Assembly (NCBI GenBank): GCA_051653165.1
Contig: JBOFVP010000168.1
Span: forward strand, 12,857 to 76,856
DNA length: 64,000 nucleotides
Reading direction: 5' to 3'
Source of the DNA: Clostridium sp.
GTDB lineage: Bacteria > Bacillota > Clostridia > Clostridiales > Clostridiaceae
The notes beneath the pieces are model-generated. The model saw only the letters and a program-made list of their open reading frames with translations. It searched no databases and was not told the origin of the DNA. Made by a program: the position numbers and the translations under genes. Shown one piece after another: positions 1-9,358 of this stretch. Positions within the stretch are counted from its first letter, which is position 1; each line of letters starts with the position of its first letter.

Positions 1-80
1 ATATTATTCCCTAGTTTGACTCATATTATTCACTATACTATAATAAATTTATAAATTTATATATATTTAAGGAGAAAAAA

Positions 81-1667
81 ATGAGTTTTAACACTTACGA
101 ATTTATATTGCTTTTTTTACCTATAGTAACCATAAGTTACTTTTTTTTATGTAAATTATGCAATAAGAAATTATTACTACTTTGGCTAACAATAGCCTCG
201 TTATTCTTTTACAGCTTTGAAAACATTAAAGTTTTATATATTCTTTTAGTTTCAGTGTTAGTAAATTACTTTATTCTTGTAATACTTCAAAGAAAAACCT
301 CAAAGGTTACTTTGAGTCTTGGAATAGGGTTTAATATTTTATTTTTAGGATTTTTTAAGTACTTCACATTAATAGGGACAGGTTTAAATAGTTTATTTGG
401 AGTAAATCTATCAATAGAAAATATGATTTTCCCGCTAGGAATAAGTTTTATAACCTTCCAAGCAATATCATTACTTTACGATGTTTATAAAAAAGAAGTT
501 ATAAATATTACGTTTTTAAATTATATTTTCTACATAACATTTTTCCCTAAGGTTATATCAGGACCAATAACACCTTATAATGATCTTTTTAATAACTTCA
601 ATACTGAAGATCTATTTAAAATTAATTATAATAGTATAGCTAATGGACTATATTTATTTTCGATAGGATTATTTAAAAAGGTTATTGTTGCAGATACCTT
701 ATCTACTATTGTTACTAATGGTTTTGATTTAAGTGAAGGCTTAACCTTCTTAGAGGGATGGATAACCTCTTTAAGCTATACACTACAAATATATTTTGAC
801 TTTAGTGGTTATTCCCTAATGGCACTAGGAATTGCAGCTTTAATTAATATAAAGCTCCCTTTAAACTTTAATTATCCCTATAGAGCTACATCTATTAAAG
901 AGTTCTGGGGTAGATGGCATATTACTCTTGGAAGTTTCTTTACTAAATATGTATACTTCCCTCTTGGAGGAAATAGACTAGGTACAAACAGAACATATTT
1001 AAATTTATTTATTATTTTCTTTATTAGTGGTATATGGCATGGTACTGGTATTACTTTTGTTATATGGGGAGTACTTCATGGTATTGCTCGTGTTATTAAT
1101 CAAGTATTTATAAATAAGCAAATTAAGGTTAATAAAGTACTTGCTTGGATTTTAACATTTAATTTTGTTAACATTGCTTGGGTATTCTTTAGAGCACAAA
1201 ACTTAGAGTCTGCTTTTAAAGTTCTTTCAAGTATGTTTGATTTATCTACATTGAATTTTGGCCTTCAAATTTTAATTAATAACAAATTATTTATATATAA
1301 GGTTTTAACATTAATTTTACTATGTGTTGTATTATCAAAATGTTATTTGATAACTAATAGTAAAGTAAAATCCTACTGCAAGGGAATATTATTAATTTTA
1401 ATAATAATTCAATTTATATTTGTTTATAGCAGTGAACTGTATTTCTTAAAGGATGTATTAGTGAATCTAGATTATTCAACAGACCTTTTAAAAGCATTTA
1501 AGATATTTATAATTGGAATTACACTTATCTCTGTTGACTATGAGAACATACTTCCTGTTAATAAGTTTACACCAAACTTACAAACACTAATTTTATCAAC
1601 ACTTTTATTATTTTTATCACTTGTTGATTTAAATAAAGTAAGTGATTTTATTTATAAAAGTTTTTAG
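81..1667 (+). CDS. MBOAT family O-acyltransferase (AlgI/PatA/DltB-like)
   Basis: Multi-TM protein with PLGISFITFQ, FFPKVISGPI, YFDFSGYS, FWGRWHITL and GIWHG (catalytic His) motifs; AAGGAG RBS. Confidence 0.93.
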   Translation: MSFNTYEFILLFLPIVTISYFFLCKLCNKKLLLLWLTIASLFFYSFENIKVLYILLVSVLVNYFILVILQRKTSKVTLSLGIGFNILFLGFFKYFTLIGTGLNSLFGVNLSIENMIFPLGISFITFQAISLLYDVYKKEVINITFLNYIFYITFFPKVISGPITPYNDLFNNFNTEDLFKINYNSIANGLYLFSIGLFKKVIVADTLSTIVTNGFDLSEGLTFLEGWITSLSYTLQIYFDFSGYSLMALGIAALINIKLPLNFNYPYRATSIKEFWGRWHITLGSFFTKYVYFPLGGNRLGTNRTYLNLFIIFFISGIWHGTGITFVIWGVLHGIARVINQVFINKQIKVNKVLAWILTFNFVNIAWVFFRAQNLESAFKVLSSMFDLSTLNFGLQILINNKLFIYKVLTLILLCVVLSKCYLITNSKVKSYCKGILLILIIIQFIFVYSSELYFLKDVLVNLDYSTDLLKAFKIFIIGITLISVDYENILPVNKFTPNLQTLILSTLLLFLSLVDLNKVSDFIYKSF

Positions 1668-1675
1668 GAGGAGTT

Positions 1676-2788
1676 ATGAAAAAAGAAAAAATTTGGATTT
1701 CATCCTTTTTAATTATTGTTTTTCTTCTTTGCTCTATTATTATATATTTAAACTATAAGATAGATCCATATCAGCAATATAGCTTTAATAGTCCAACAAA
1801 TGAATATATAGAAGATAGAGCTATGTATATTCAAAGACATTTAACTCCAGGTTTTGCAAGAAACTTAAATTATGATACCATACTTGTTGGTAGTTCTATG
1901 AGTGAAACCTTAAAGGTAAGCAGTATAGATAGAGAATTAAACACAAAATCTGCTAAACTTTCTATTTCTGGTGGAACCCCTTATGAAATAAAAAATGTTT
2001 TAAATACTGCAATTTCAACAGGTAAGGTTAAAACAGCCTTAGTATCTGTTGATCTATATATGTATAATAACGAAGTTGATTTTAGAAGAGAACCTTACCC
2101 ATCACACCTATATGATGATAATAAATTTAATGACTTAAAGTATTTATTAAACAGTAAGATATTCTCTGAAGAATCATTTAAACTATATAAATCAAGGAAG
2201 TCTGGAGATATAGCATATGATATGGATAAGCTATACAAAGATAAGGACTCTACAGTTTATTCTTATGACACTGTAATCCCTAAGTATGATCTTCCCCTCT
2301 ATAGTGAGACTTCCAAAAATGCAAAAGAAGATATGACTTATATATTAAGTGATGATATAAAAGAGACTAAATCATTTAAAACTATGAAGAATAACTTTAT
2401 TAGCAATTTATTAAATGTTGCACAGAATAACCCAACAGTAGACTTTAAAGTATACTTTCCACCATATTCTATTTTAATGTTTAATACTCAATCTGATTCA
2501 GATAGCCATACACTATTGTTGGCATTTAAAAAGTATATGTATGAAGAATTATCTAAGCTATCTAATGTGGAGGTTTATGATTTCCAAGATGTTTCAAGTA
2601 TTACTCATAATTTTAGTTATTATAAAGATACTTCTCACTTCTCAGCTGAGGTTGGAGATATAATTTTAAGATTTATGGCTAATAAGAAACATATTTTAAC
2701 TAATGATAATTATATAGCTAAAATTGAAAACTTACTTAATCAGCTTGAAGGATTAAACTATGATACCCTTAAAGATATGAGTAAATAA
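1676..2788 (+). CDS. Membrane-anchored SGNH-like acyl-transfer partner of the MBOAT (AlgJ/DltD/PatB-like)
   Basis: N-terminal TM helix, ILVGSS (putative nucleophile Ser) and C-terminal DTSH (DxxH); 8 bp after the MBOAT gene with GGAGG RBS. Confidence 0.7.
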   Translation: MKKEKIWISSFLIIVFLLCSIIIYLNYKIDPYQQYSFNSPTNEYIEDRAMYIQRHLTPGFARNLNYDTILVGSSMSETLKVSSIDRELNTKSAKLSISGGTPYEIKNVLNTAISTGKVKTALVSVDLYMYNNEVDFRREPYPSHLYDDNKFNDLKYLLNSKIFSEESFKLYKSRKSGDIAYDMDKLYKDKDSTVYSYDTVIPKYDLPLYSETSKNAKEDMTYILSDDIKETKSFKTMKNNFISNLLNVAQNNPTVDFKVYFPPYSILMFNTQSDSDSHTLLLAFKKYMYEELSKLSNVEVYDFQDVSSITHNFSYYKDTSHFSAEVGDIILRFMANKKHILTNDNYIAKIENLLNQLEGLNYDTLKDMSK

Positions 2789-2791
2789 TAC

Positions 2792-2827
2792 ATGAAGAGG
2801 TTAAATCTTATGGTTTAACCTCTTCAT
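2792..2827. terminator. Hairpin terminator between convergent genes
   Basis: Inverted repeat ATGAAGAGGTTAAA ... TTTAACCTCTTCAT. Confidence 0.7.
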
Positions 2828-3981
2828 TTTTGTTTTAATTCTTTGAAATTAAACTCACTTTGCTTTGTGAATCCATCATTTCCTATATAGCTTATTTTTA
2901 ACTTGTATATGCTTCCTAATGACTTTACCCCTTGGAAAAGATATGTTCTTTCATTATTTTTAATATCCCCATATAACATTCCCATATATGAATCACCTTT
3001 AATATCTACTACATTAAATCTTATCTTGTAATTATCAATATTCTTATCATTTTCTAAGGTCATAAAAACTCCTAGATCTCTTTCTTCAAAATCTTTGAAT
3101 TTAAGCATACTTTCAATATCAGATAATTCTATTTCCTTACCAATTAGGTTATTAGATACTTTTGCCGAACCATTGTTTATACCAAATAACTTTAGAATAT
3201 TACCATCATATATTGAGAATAGAATTGTAAGTACTACCATTGCTGATGCTGTATATCTAATCAGCGAACGATGATTTTTAAGTGTATATCTTATCTTTTT
3301 ATTTAATAATTTACTACCAGTTATTCTATTCTCCTCTATAATAGAATAGATAGACTGTCTATTAACCACTTCACTTACTTCTTTATTCCTTATATATTCA
3401 TGTAATTCATGTATAGTAATAAGATCTATATCTATTTTACCTAGTCTTATAATATTAGTATTTTTATTTGCTATTACTATAACATCATAGATAGGTATAT
3501 TATTACCAACTAAATCAATTAAAACATTTCTATGATATTTACATTGAGATAATACAGATGTTATATCTCCCTTATTATGCTTAGTTTTCTGTGTTATATT
3601 TCCTTCGTAATCTATTTTTATTGTTCCAGAATAATTCTTTGTTTCTATATTGAAAATTCCATAATCTGATATAACTAAATGATCTATTTGTGCTTCTTTA
3701 TTTTTACCCTTTAGATTAATGTTGTTTAGGACTATGTATTTTGAGTAACCTAATGATGAAAGTACCCTTTCAACCTCATATTCTCCTTCACTTCCACTTT
3801 TTGATGTTTTGAATGGTTTAATGATTTTCCTAATGGTATTGTCCTTAAATAATAAGTATATTAAAAAGAGAAGGTATATTGGAATATACCAAATATAGGC
3901 TTTGGTGAGAGTTGCTATTAAGGTTACTAAAGTAAAGTAAAAGGTAATTTTCTTTTTATCGTCTATATTGTATTTCTTCAT
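2824..3981 (-). CDS. Membrane protein with NERD (PD-(D/E)xK) nuclease-related domain
   Basis: GSEGEYEV...QIDHLVISDYGIFNIETKNYSG is the NERD signature; N-terminal TM pair and a later TM; start moved to ATG 3981 because of the GGAAGG RBS. Confidence 0.85.
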   Translation of the reverse strand: MKKYNIDDKKKITFYFTLVTLIATLTKAYIWYIPIYLLFLIYLLFKDNTIRKIIKPFKTSKSGSEGEYEVERVLSSLGYSKYIVLNNINLKGKNKEAQIDHLVISDYGIFNIETKNYSGTIKIDYEGNITQKTKHNKGDITSVLSQCKYHRNVLIDLVGNNIPIYDVIVIANKNTNIIRLGKIDIDLITIHELHEYIRNKEVSEVVNRQSIYSIIEENRITGSKLLNKKIRYTLKNHRSLIRYTASAMVVLTILFSIYDGNILKLFGINNGSAKVSNNLIGKEIELSDIESMLKFKDFEERDLGVFMTLENDKNIDNYKIRFNVVDIKGDSYMGMLYGDIKNNERTYLFQGVKSLGSIYKLKISYIGNDGFTKQSEFNFKELKQK

Positions 3982-4002
3982 AATACACCTTCCTTTCATT
4001 AG

Positions 4003-4031
4003 TAGTATGACCATAATTTCAATTTATATAC
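4003..4031 (-). promoter_or_regulatory. Putative forespore sigma (SigG/SigF-type) promoter of the NERD gene
   Basis: Minus strand GTATA-N17-CATACTA. Confidence 0.55.
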
Positions 4032-4034
4032 ATA

Positions 4035-4070
4035 AAATCCCAAAGATTATAATAATAATCTTTGGGATTT
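4035..4070 (-). terminator. Intrinsic terminator closing the dynamin operon
   Basis: Perfect 16-bp inverted repeat AAATCCCAAAGATTAT / ATAATCTTTGGGATTT. Confidence 0.8.
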
Positions 4071-4091
4071 ATTTATACCACATTTAGACTC

Positions 4092-4355
4092 TTATACTAA
4101 AATTCTTTTAAGCCTACAAACTCTATTTCTCATAATACAAGAGAATCTGAAAGCCTTCTTATAATTACCTACACTTAAGGCAGAGTCGACAATTCCATAT
4201 AATGAACTTACAATATTCATTTCACTTATAATTCTCTCATCTTCCTTTAGAAGTATATATGAAAGCTTATTTTTAAAATTTCTTCCATTTAACAGTTCTA
4301 TACTTTCTTTTAGGATTTTATTAATACACATTTCTTGCAACTCTACTTCACTCAT
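4092..4355 (-). CDS. Hypothetical 87-aa helical protein, last gene of the dynamin operon
   Basis: Start overlaps the upstream stop by 4 bp (ATGA coupling); no recognisable motif. Confidence 0.7.
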   Translation of the reverse strand: MSEVELQEMCINKILKESIELLNGRNFKNKLSYILLKEDERIISEMNIVSSLYGIVDSALSVGNYKKAFRFSCIMRNRVCRLKRILV

Positions 4356-5953
4356 ATAATCATTTCCCTCATAAGCTTAATATCTTCCTCATTAAGTTCT
4401 AACATTTTCTTTTGGTTATCATCTAAAGCTCTTAAAAGTTCCCTATGAAGTGAGTTCATATCCATACATACTCGCTTAACATCATTAATATATACAGAAT
4501 TATTCTTATCTATTTCTTCTGAAATCTCCTGCCATTTACGATTTCCCTCTAGAAGTCTTCTATTTAACTCCTTAATCTGTCTTTCAAAGATACTTCCTAG
4601 GCTTCTGTTATTTCTTGAATTTTCTTCTACAATACCATTCTTCATTTCTACTATAGAGTCATCAATCAAAGCCCCCATATCAACTATAACCCCTTTAAGC
4701 TCAGTTAATATAATTGCACTTTTCTCATTATATGAAGAGGATTCTGATAATATAGTATCTAATCCCTTAGATATAATATCATGTAATTCATTATTACAAT
4801 TTGTAATCTCTACAATTAGATTTTCTTCTTTTAAGCTAAAAGCTTCCATTGATACCTTCATATCATTTTCAAAATTACTAAAACCAATACCTAAAGTATT
4901 AATATTGTTTAATGTATCCTTATTAATATTTGTTATTTCATTAATATTACCATTTAATAATTCTAAATTTGCATTTAAATTATTATAAAGATCTCTAGCA
5001 TTACTATTTAAAGATTCAAATAGAGTACAATTATTATTATTTAACTCTTCATGTAAATCTCTAAAATTACTATTAATATTACTAAATAGTTCAGAGCTAC
5101 TTAGTGATAATCCATTAAGTAATGTAGTAGAATTAGAAGTTATCCCCTCTACTAAGCCCCTATGATTATCATGTATTTTCTCATAAAGCTCTAGAGATGT
5201 GTTATTTAGATTTGATGAAACTTCTTCAAATCTATTAATTAGCTCATTAATATTTCTAGTTACATTATTGCAAATACCTTCTATACCATCATTAAAACTG
5301 CTTATTATGGTTTTCTCATAACTACTTAATTGAAGATTAAAATCTTTTAAAGCTTCATTAGTACTTTTATATAAATTATCCAAGTTATTTGTAATAGATT
5401 GATTTAACATTCCATTACTCTCTATTAGCGATTCATTCAGTTTTTGTTTAACTAAATTAATATTCTTACCAAAGCTATAATCCATATCATCTATTTTATT
5501 TGAAAAGCTTTGATTAACCTCTTTGATACCCTCAATGGTTAACTTATTTTGATTTGCAAACTCTATCTTCATTTGATTAAAATAGCTCTCAAATAGCTTA
5601 TTTAACTCTTTACTATTCTCTTGAACATACTTACTTAATAAAATAATATTAACATTGCTTTCATTTAAAATCTTTAAAGTACTTTCACTATTCCCCTTAA
5701 GCGTTAACATAAGCTCTTTATGCCTAGAGTCATTTAAGTTCTTATCCTCTTCATAACTCTTTTTAAAGTCAACATAAGCATACTCTATTTCATCTATTGA
5801 AATTTTAAATACTTTATATATAAAAACTATTAATAGTAGTAGCAATACTCCTACAACACCCATTTGTATTAAATCGTCATTAATGTACATTACTGATAAA
5901 AAGATACCAACTAAATCAATTAGCGATAACATTATTGATGTTATTAACTTCAT
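4352..5953 (-). CDS. Membrane-anchored long alpha-helical protein with 11-residue repeats
   Basis: Two N-terminal TM segments followed by about 480 aa of Asn/Leu/Ser/Glu-rich helix; start at ATG 5953 after GAGGAGGGTG. Confidence 0.8.
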   Translation of the reverse strand: MKLITSIMLSLIDLVGIFLSVMYINDDLIQMGVVGVLLLLLIVFIYKVFKISIDEIEYAYVDFKKSYEEDKNLNDSRHKELMLTLKGNSESTLKILNESNVNIILLSKYVQENSKELNKLFESYFNQMKIEFANQNKLTIEGIKEVNQSFSNKIDDMDYSFGKNINLVKQKLNESLIESNGMLNQSITNNLDNLYKSTNEALKDFNLQLSSYEKTIISSFNDGIEGICNNVTRNINELINRFEEVSSNLNNTSLELYEKIHDNHRGLVEGITSNSTTLLNGLSLSSSELFSNINSNFRDLHEELNNNNCTLFESLNSNARDLYNNLNANLELLNGNINEITNINKDTLNNINTLGIGFSNFENDMKVSMEAFSLKEENLIVEITNCNNELHDIISKGLDTILSESSSYNEKSAIILTELKGVIVDMGALIDDSIVEMKNGIVEENSRNNRSLGSIFERQIKELNRRLLEGNRKWQEISEEIDKNNSVYINDVKRVCMDMNSLHRELLRALDDNQKKMLELNEEDIKLMREMII

Positions 5954-7031
5954 TTTCACCCTCCTCATTAATTTTAACTTTATTCATTGCTAAGTCCACT
6001 TCATTACGTATAATTTCTTTTAATACTTTATTTAAGAAACCCTCAACTCTCTTCTTAAACAGTATCTTAAGGGATGACCCTTGAGATTTATTTAAAAATC
6101 TAATATATTCAAGTTCACTACCTACCATAGGATACTCTTTGTAACTCCCGAAATAGTTATTAAACCCATCTATAATTTTATCCCTTAGATTATTCAAGTC
6201 CTCATTTATACCCCAAAATGATATTTTGCCAATATAATTCTTATAAAATTCAAGAGAATTATCTATTATTCCATCCTTACCATATAAATAATCCTTTGTA
6301 AACAAAGTAACATATGCACTCCAAATATCCTCAAAAACTCTTATCCTAGAATATTCAAAAATATTATTATACTTCTCAAATTCTTTTGGATTTAAAATAG
6401 AGAATCTTGTAACATAGTTAACCACATTAAAATTGTAATCTGAATCAAAATTTCCATTAAACTTTTCTTTTGCCTTTATTACAGTTCCTTTGTAATCATT
6501 TATGAAGGAATTAATTAAATTAGGAGAAATATTCAAAAGTTCTTCATTATCTTCCCAAGAATTTCTTACAACTACCCTTATATTATTACTTTTAAAGGTT
6601 TCAATAAGCCCCATAATATTTTCATCTTCATTTCCAATATCGCCACACCCAAAGCCTCTACGCTCTTTATAAATAACAACTAAAAGTTCTTTAATATCAA
6701 TTTCTTTCATTATACTTTTACATTCATCTATAATATCTTCCTTATTATAGGGAAATGTTGAAAATATAATAGCCTTGTCCACCTCTTCAAAACTATTTAA
6801 AACATCATATAGGTTGTTAGCTAAATATAACTTTTTTCTTCTTTGAATATTTGGAGATAATATTTTTATACCATTTTCAAGTACTTCTTCCCTAAAGTTC
6901 TTACCATTTGAAATTTCAATTAACCCATCATTTTCCTTACTAAGCTCTTCATTTAAAATTGAATTAATAAAATCATACTTACTATTATCACCAAGTAATA
7001 AAATATTCGCATAAAATCTATAGCTATCCAT
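5916..7031 (-). CDS. Hypothetical protein, possibly a degenerate dynamin-like G-domain
   Basis: N-terminal ILLLGDNSKYDFINSILNEEL resembles the G1 region of its neighbours; start overlaps the upstream stop (TAATG). Confidence 0.6.
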   Translation of the reverse strand: MDSYRFYANILLLGDNSKYDFINSILNEELSKENDGLIEISNGKNFREEVLENGIKILSPNIQRRKKLYLANNLYDVLNSFEEVDKAIIFSTFPYNKEDIIDECKSIMKEIDIKELLVVIYKERRGFGCGDIGNEDENIMGLIETFKSNNIRVVVRNSWEDNEELLNISPNLINSFINDYKGTVIKAKEKFNGNFDSDYNFNVVNYVTRFSILNPKEFEKYNNIFEYSRIRVFEDIWSAYVTLFTKDYLYGKDGIIDNSLEFYKNYIGKISFWGINEDLNNLRDKIIDGFNNYFGSYKEYPMVGSELEYIRFLNKSQGSSLKILFKKRVEGFLNKVLKEIIRNEVDLAMNKVKINEEGENEVNNINNVIAN

Positions 7032-9358
7032 TATAAGTCTACCTGCTCTATATAATTAATTTCTTCCCCCTGAACCTCATCTTTAATGGAAGTTGACTCT
7101 TTGATGATTGTATTACATTTAGCTATTACTCTCTTTAAATCTTCAATCAACAATTCTCTTTCCTCTTTTGATGATTTTAACTTAGTTTCAAGTAGTTGCA
7201 ATTCCTCATTCTTTATGGAAAGCTTTCTCTTTAAATCATTTTGAATAACCCATTTTATTAAATCTACATATATATTTTTCTTTTTAGAGAGCTCTTCTTT
7301 TATCATATACATGCACTCAGTGCTTAATTCATCAAAATAACTCTCTATTTCAAACTTTCTATTTCTTAGTGCAACCTTGTTTTTCTTTAAGAAGACCTCT
7401 TTAAATGCATTTTGTTCATCCTCAATCCTTCGTTTTATTTTGTTTTCTTCATCCTGTAATCTTTTATTCTCAACCTCTTCATCATCTTCTCCTTTTATAA
7501 AATCCTTAAAGGAGTTTAACCTATTAGTTAAAGAACTTAGCTTTAGTTTATACTCATATATTCTTCTCTCTTTCTCTTGTTTGAATTCTAAAATTTCCTC
7601 CTCATTAGTAATCTTTCTTTCTATAATATCAACCTTTCTTGGCCCTTGAAAAAACTCTTCAATATTGCCAAGGATACCCTCTCTTTTTATGCTTTTAGTA
7701 ATATGATCATTTATATACTCTCTTTGTGGTGGCATAATATTTTTAAGAGCTTCAATTTGTGATTCAGTATTAATAATATGCTCCCTAAGCAAATCCTTTT
7801 CTCTCTTTAATCTTCTTATCTTAATTAAATTTTCATCAGAGTTAATCAATTTATTTTCAACTATTATAAGATTTTCTTCTAGATCTTTAATATCTTTTTC
7901 ATACTCTTCAATATTTATGTTTAATTCAACCTCATTTGGGTTATATTCAAGATTAATATCTCCAATTAATGAATCTTCTCGTAACTTTGAATTAATTTCT
8001 TCAGATATATCAATATAATACTTTGAAATAATTTCTTTAACCTTTCTAATAAAGGTTTTTTCTCCTTTTTGTATGATTTTCTTATATTCTATTTTCCCTT
8101 TTACAATTATATTATTCTCATATTCTAGTAATTCATCTAAGTCTGTCCAGTTTGTTAACTTTAATATATTATTATCCTTAACTTTATCAAACATAACCTC
8201 AATATTTTCTTCAATTTCATATATTGTTAAATCCAAATCTCCTACAATTTTAGAGCTTGCATAGGATACCTCTCTATTTATTTCATCTATTTTATCTCGT
8301 AGCCTAGTAATACTTTCTTGTAGTTTAATTGACTCAACTCTACCTGATAAAATATCTATTTCATCCTCAGATTTTCTCTTAACCTCATTTAGAGTATTAA
8401 TTAATTTAGTTAATGGAGACATTAAAGTTTCTCTTGCCTTTTCCCCCTTAGTTATAAACTTCCATAACCTATCTTCAAATTGACATATTCTAGATGACTT
8501 AAGTAACTCTCTTTTTTCATTAATTGAATAATCATCTCTTTCATTATATTCTAACTTTTCATCACTTCTTGCTACTAAAGCCTCATAGGCTGATACCCCC
8601 CATATTTCAGGAATAGTTCTTTCATTTGGGAACTTTTGCTTATATCTCTCTTTAATTTCATTTATTATTTTTTGTGGTGTTTCCCCTTCGCTTTCTTTAA
8701 TACTATCAATCTTATTCAATACAAAAATAATAGTGTTAAACTTAGATTTAATGTCCTTTAGAAACTCAAAATCTGTATTGCTACCAGGTTGATTTGACTT
8801 AAACATAAATATACAAGCATGTGCCCTTTTTATCTCCTCCTCCGTTATTTCTCTATGACCATCAGCAATTCCCTTAAGACCTGGTGTGTCAACTAAGGTT
8901 AAATTCCCTTCTAGAAAAATTGAATCTAAGTAAATATCCATATGTGAGATTTTTTTCACAACATCTTCATAACTATCTGTTGTTGTGTACCGTTTAATCC
9001 CCTCAGAATTAACCTTCTCTAATAGCTTAAATGAACCATCATTAAAATATACCTTTCCCTCTTCACCATGAGGACTTTTTTCTTTATGTTTTAAGTAATT
9101 AATTGTTGCTGTTGTTTCTGTTGTATATGATGGTAAAATTCTATCTCCCATTAGAGCATTTAAAAATGTTGATTTACCTGAGCTAAATTCACCAACAAGT
9201 ACTATTGAAAATTCATCCTCTAGTAAGCTTTTATATATATGTTTAAAGTTATCATAGTAATTCTTATCACCATACTTTTCAAATAAATTAACACCATCTA
9301 AAACAACCTTAATTACTCTTAATTTTTTTTCATTAAAATCTTCTCTTATACTATTCAA
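7031..9358 (-). CDS. Bacterial dynamin-like GTPase (DLP) 2
   Basis: G1 GEFSSGKS, G2 ETTAT, G3 DTPG, G4 NKID, followed by a long coiled-coil stalk. Confidence 0.92.
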   Translation of the reverse strand: MNSIREDFNEKKLRVIKVVLDGVNLFEKYGDKNYYDNFKHIYKSLLEDEFSIVLVGEFSSGKSTFLNALMGDRILPSYTTETTATINYLKHKEKSPHGEEGKVYFNDGSFKLLEKVNSEGIKRYTTTDSYEDVVKKISHMDIYLDSIFLEGNLTLVDTPGLKGIADGHREITEEEIKRAHACIFMFKSNQPGSNTDFEFLKDIKSKFNTIIFVLNKIDSIKESEGETPQKIINEIKERYKQKFPNERTIPEIWGVSAYEALVARSDEKLEYNERDDYSINEKRELLKSSRICQFEDRLWKFITKGEKARETLMSPLTKLINTLNEVKRKSEDEIDILSGRVESIKLQESITRLRDKIDEINREVSYASSKIVGDLDLTIYEIEENIEVMFDKVKDNNILKLTNWTDLDELLEYENNIIVKGKIEYKKIIQKGEKTFIRKVKEIISKYYIDISEEINSKLREDSLIGDINLEYNPNEVELNINIEEYEKDIKDLEENLIIVENKLINSDENLIKIRRLKREKDLLREHIINTESQIEALKNIMPPQREYINDHITKSIKREGILGNIEEFFQGPRKVDIIERKITNEEEILEFKQEKERRIYEYKLKLSSLTNRLNSFKDFIKGEDDEEVENKRLQDEENKIKRRIEDEQNAFKEVFLKKNKVALRNRKFEIESYFDELSTECMYMIKEELSKKKNIYVDLIKWVIQNDLKRKLSIKNEELQLLETKLKSSKEERELLIEDLKRVIAKCNTIIKESTSIKDEVQGEEINYIEQVDL

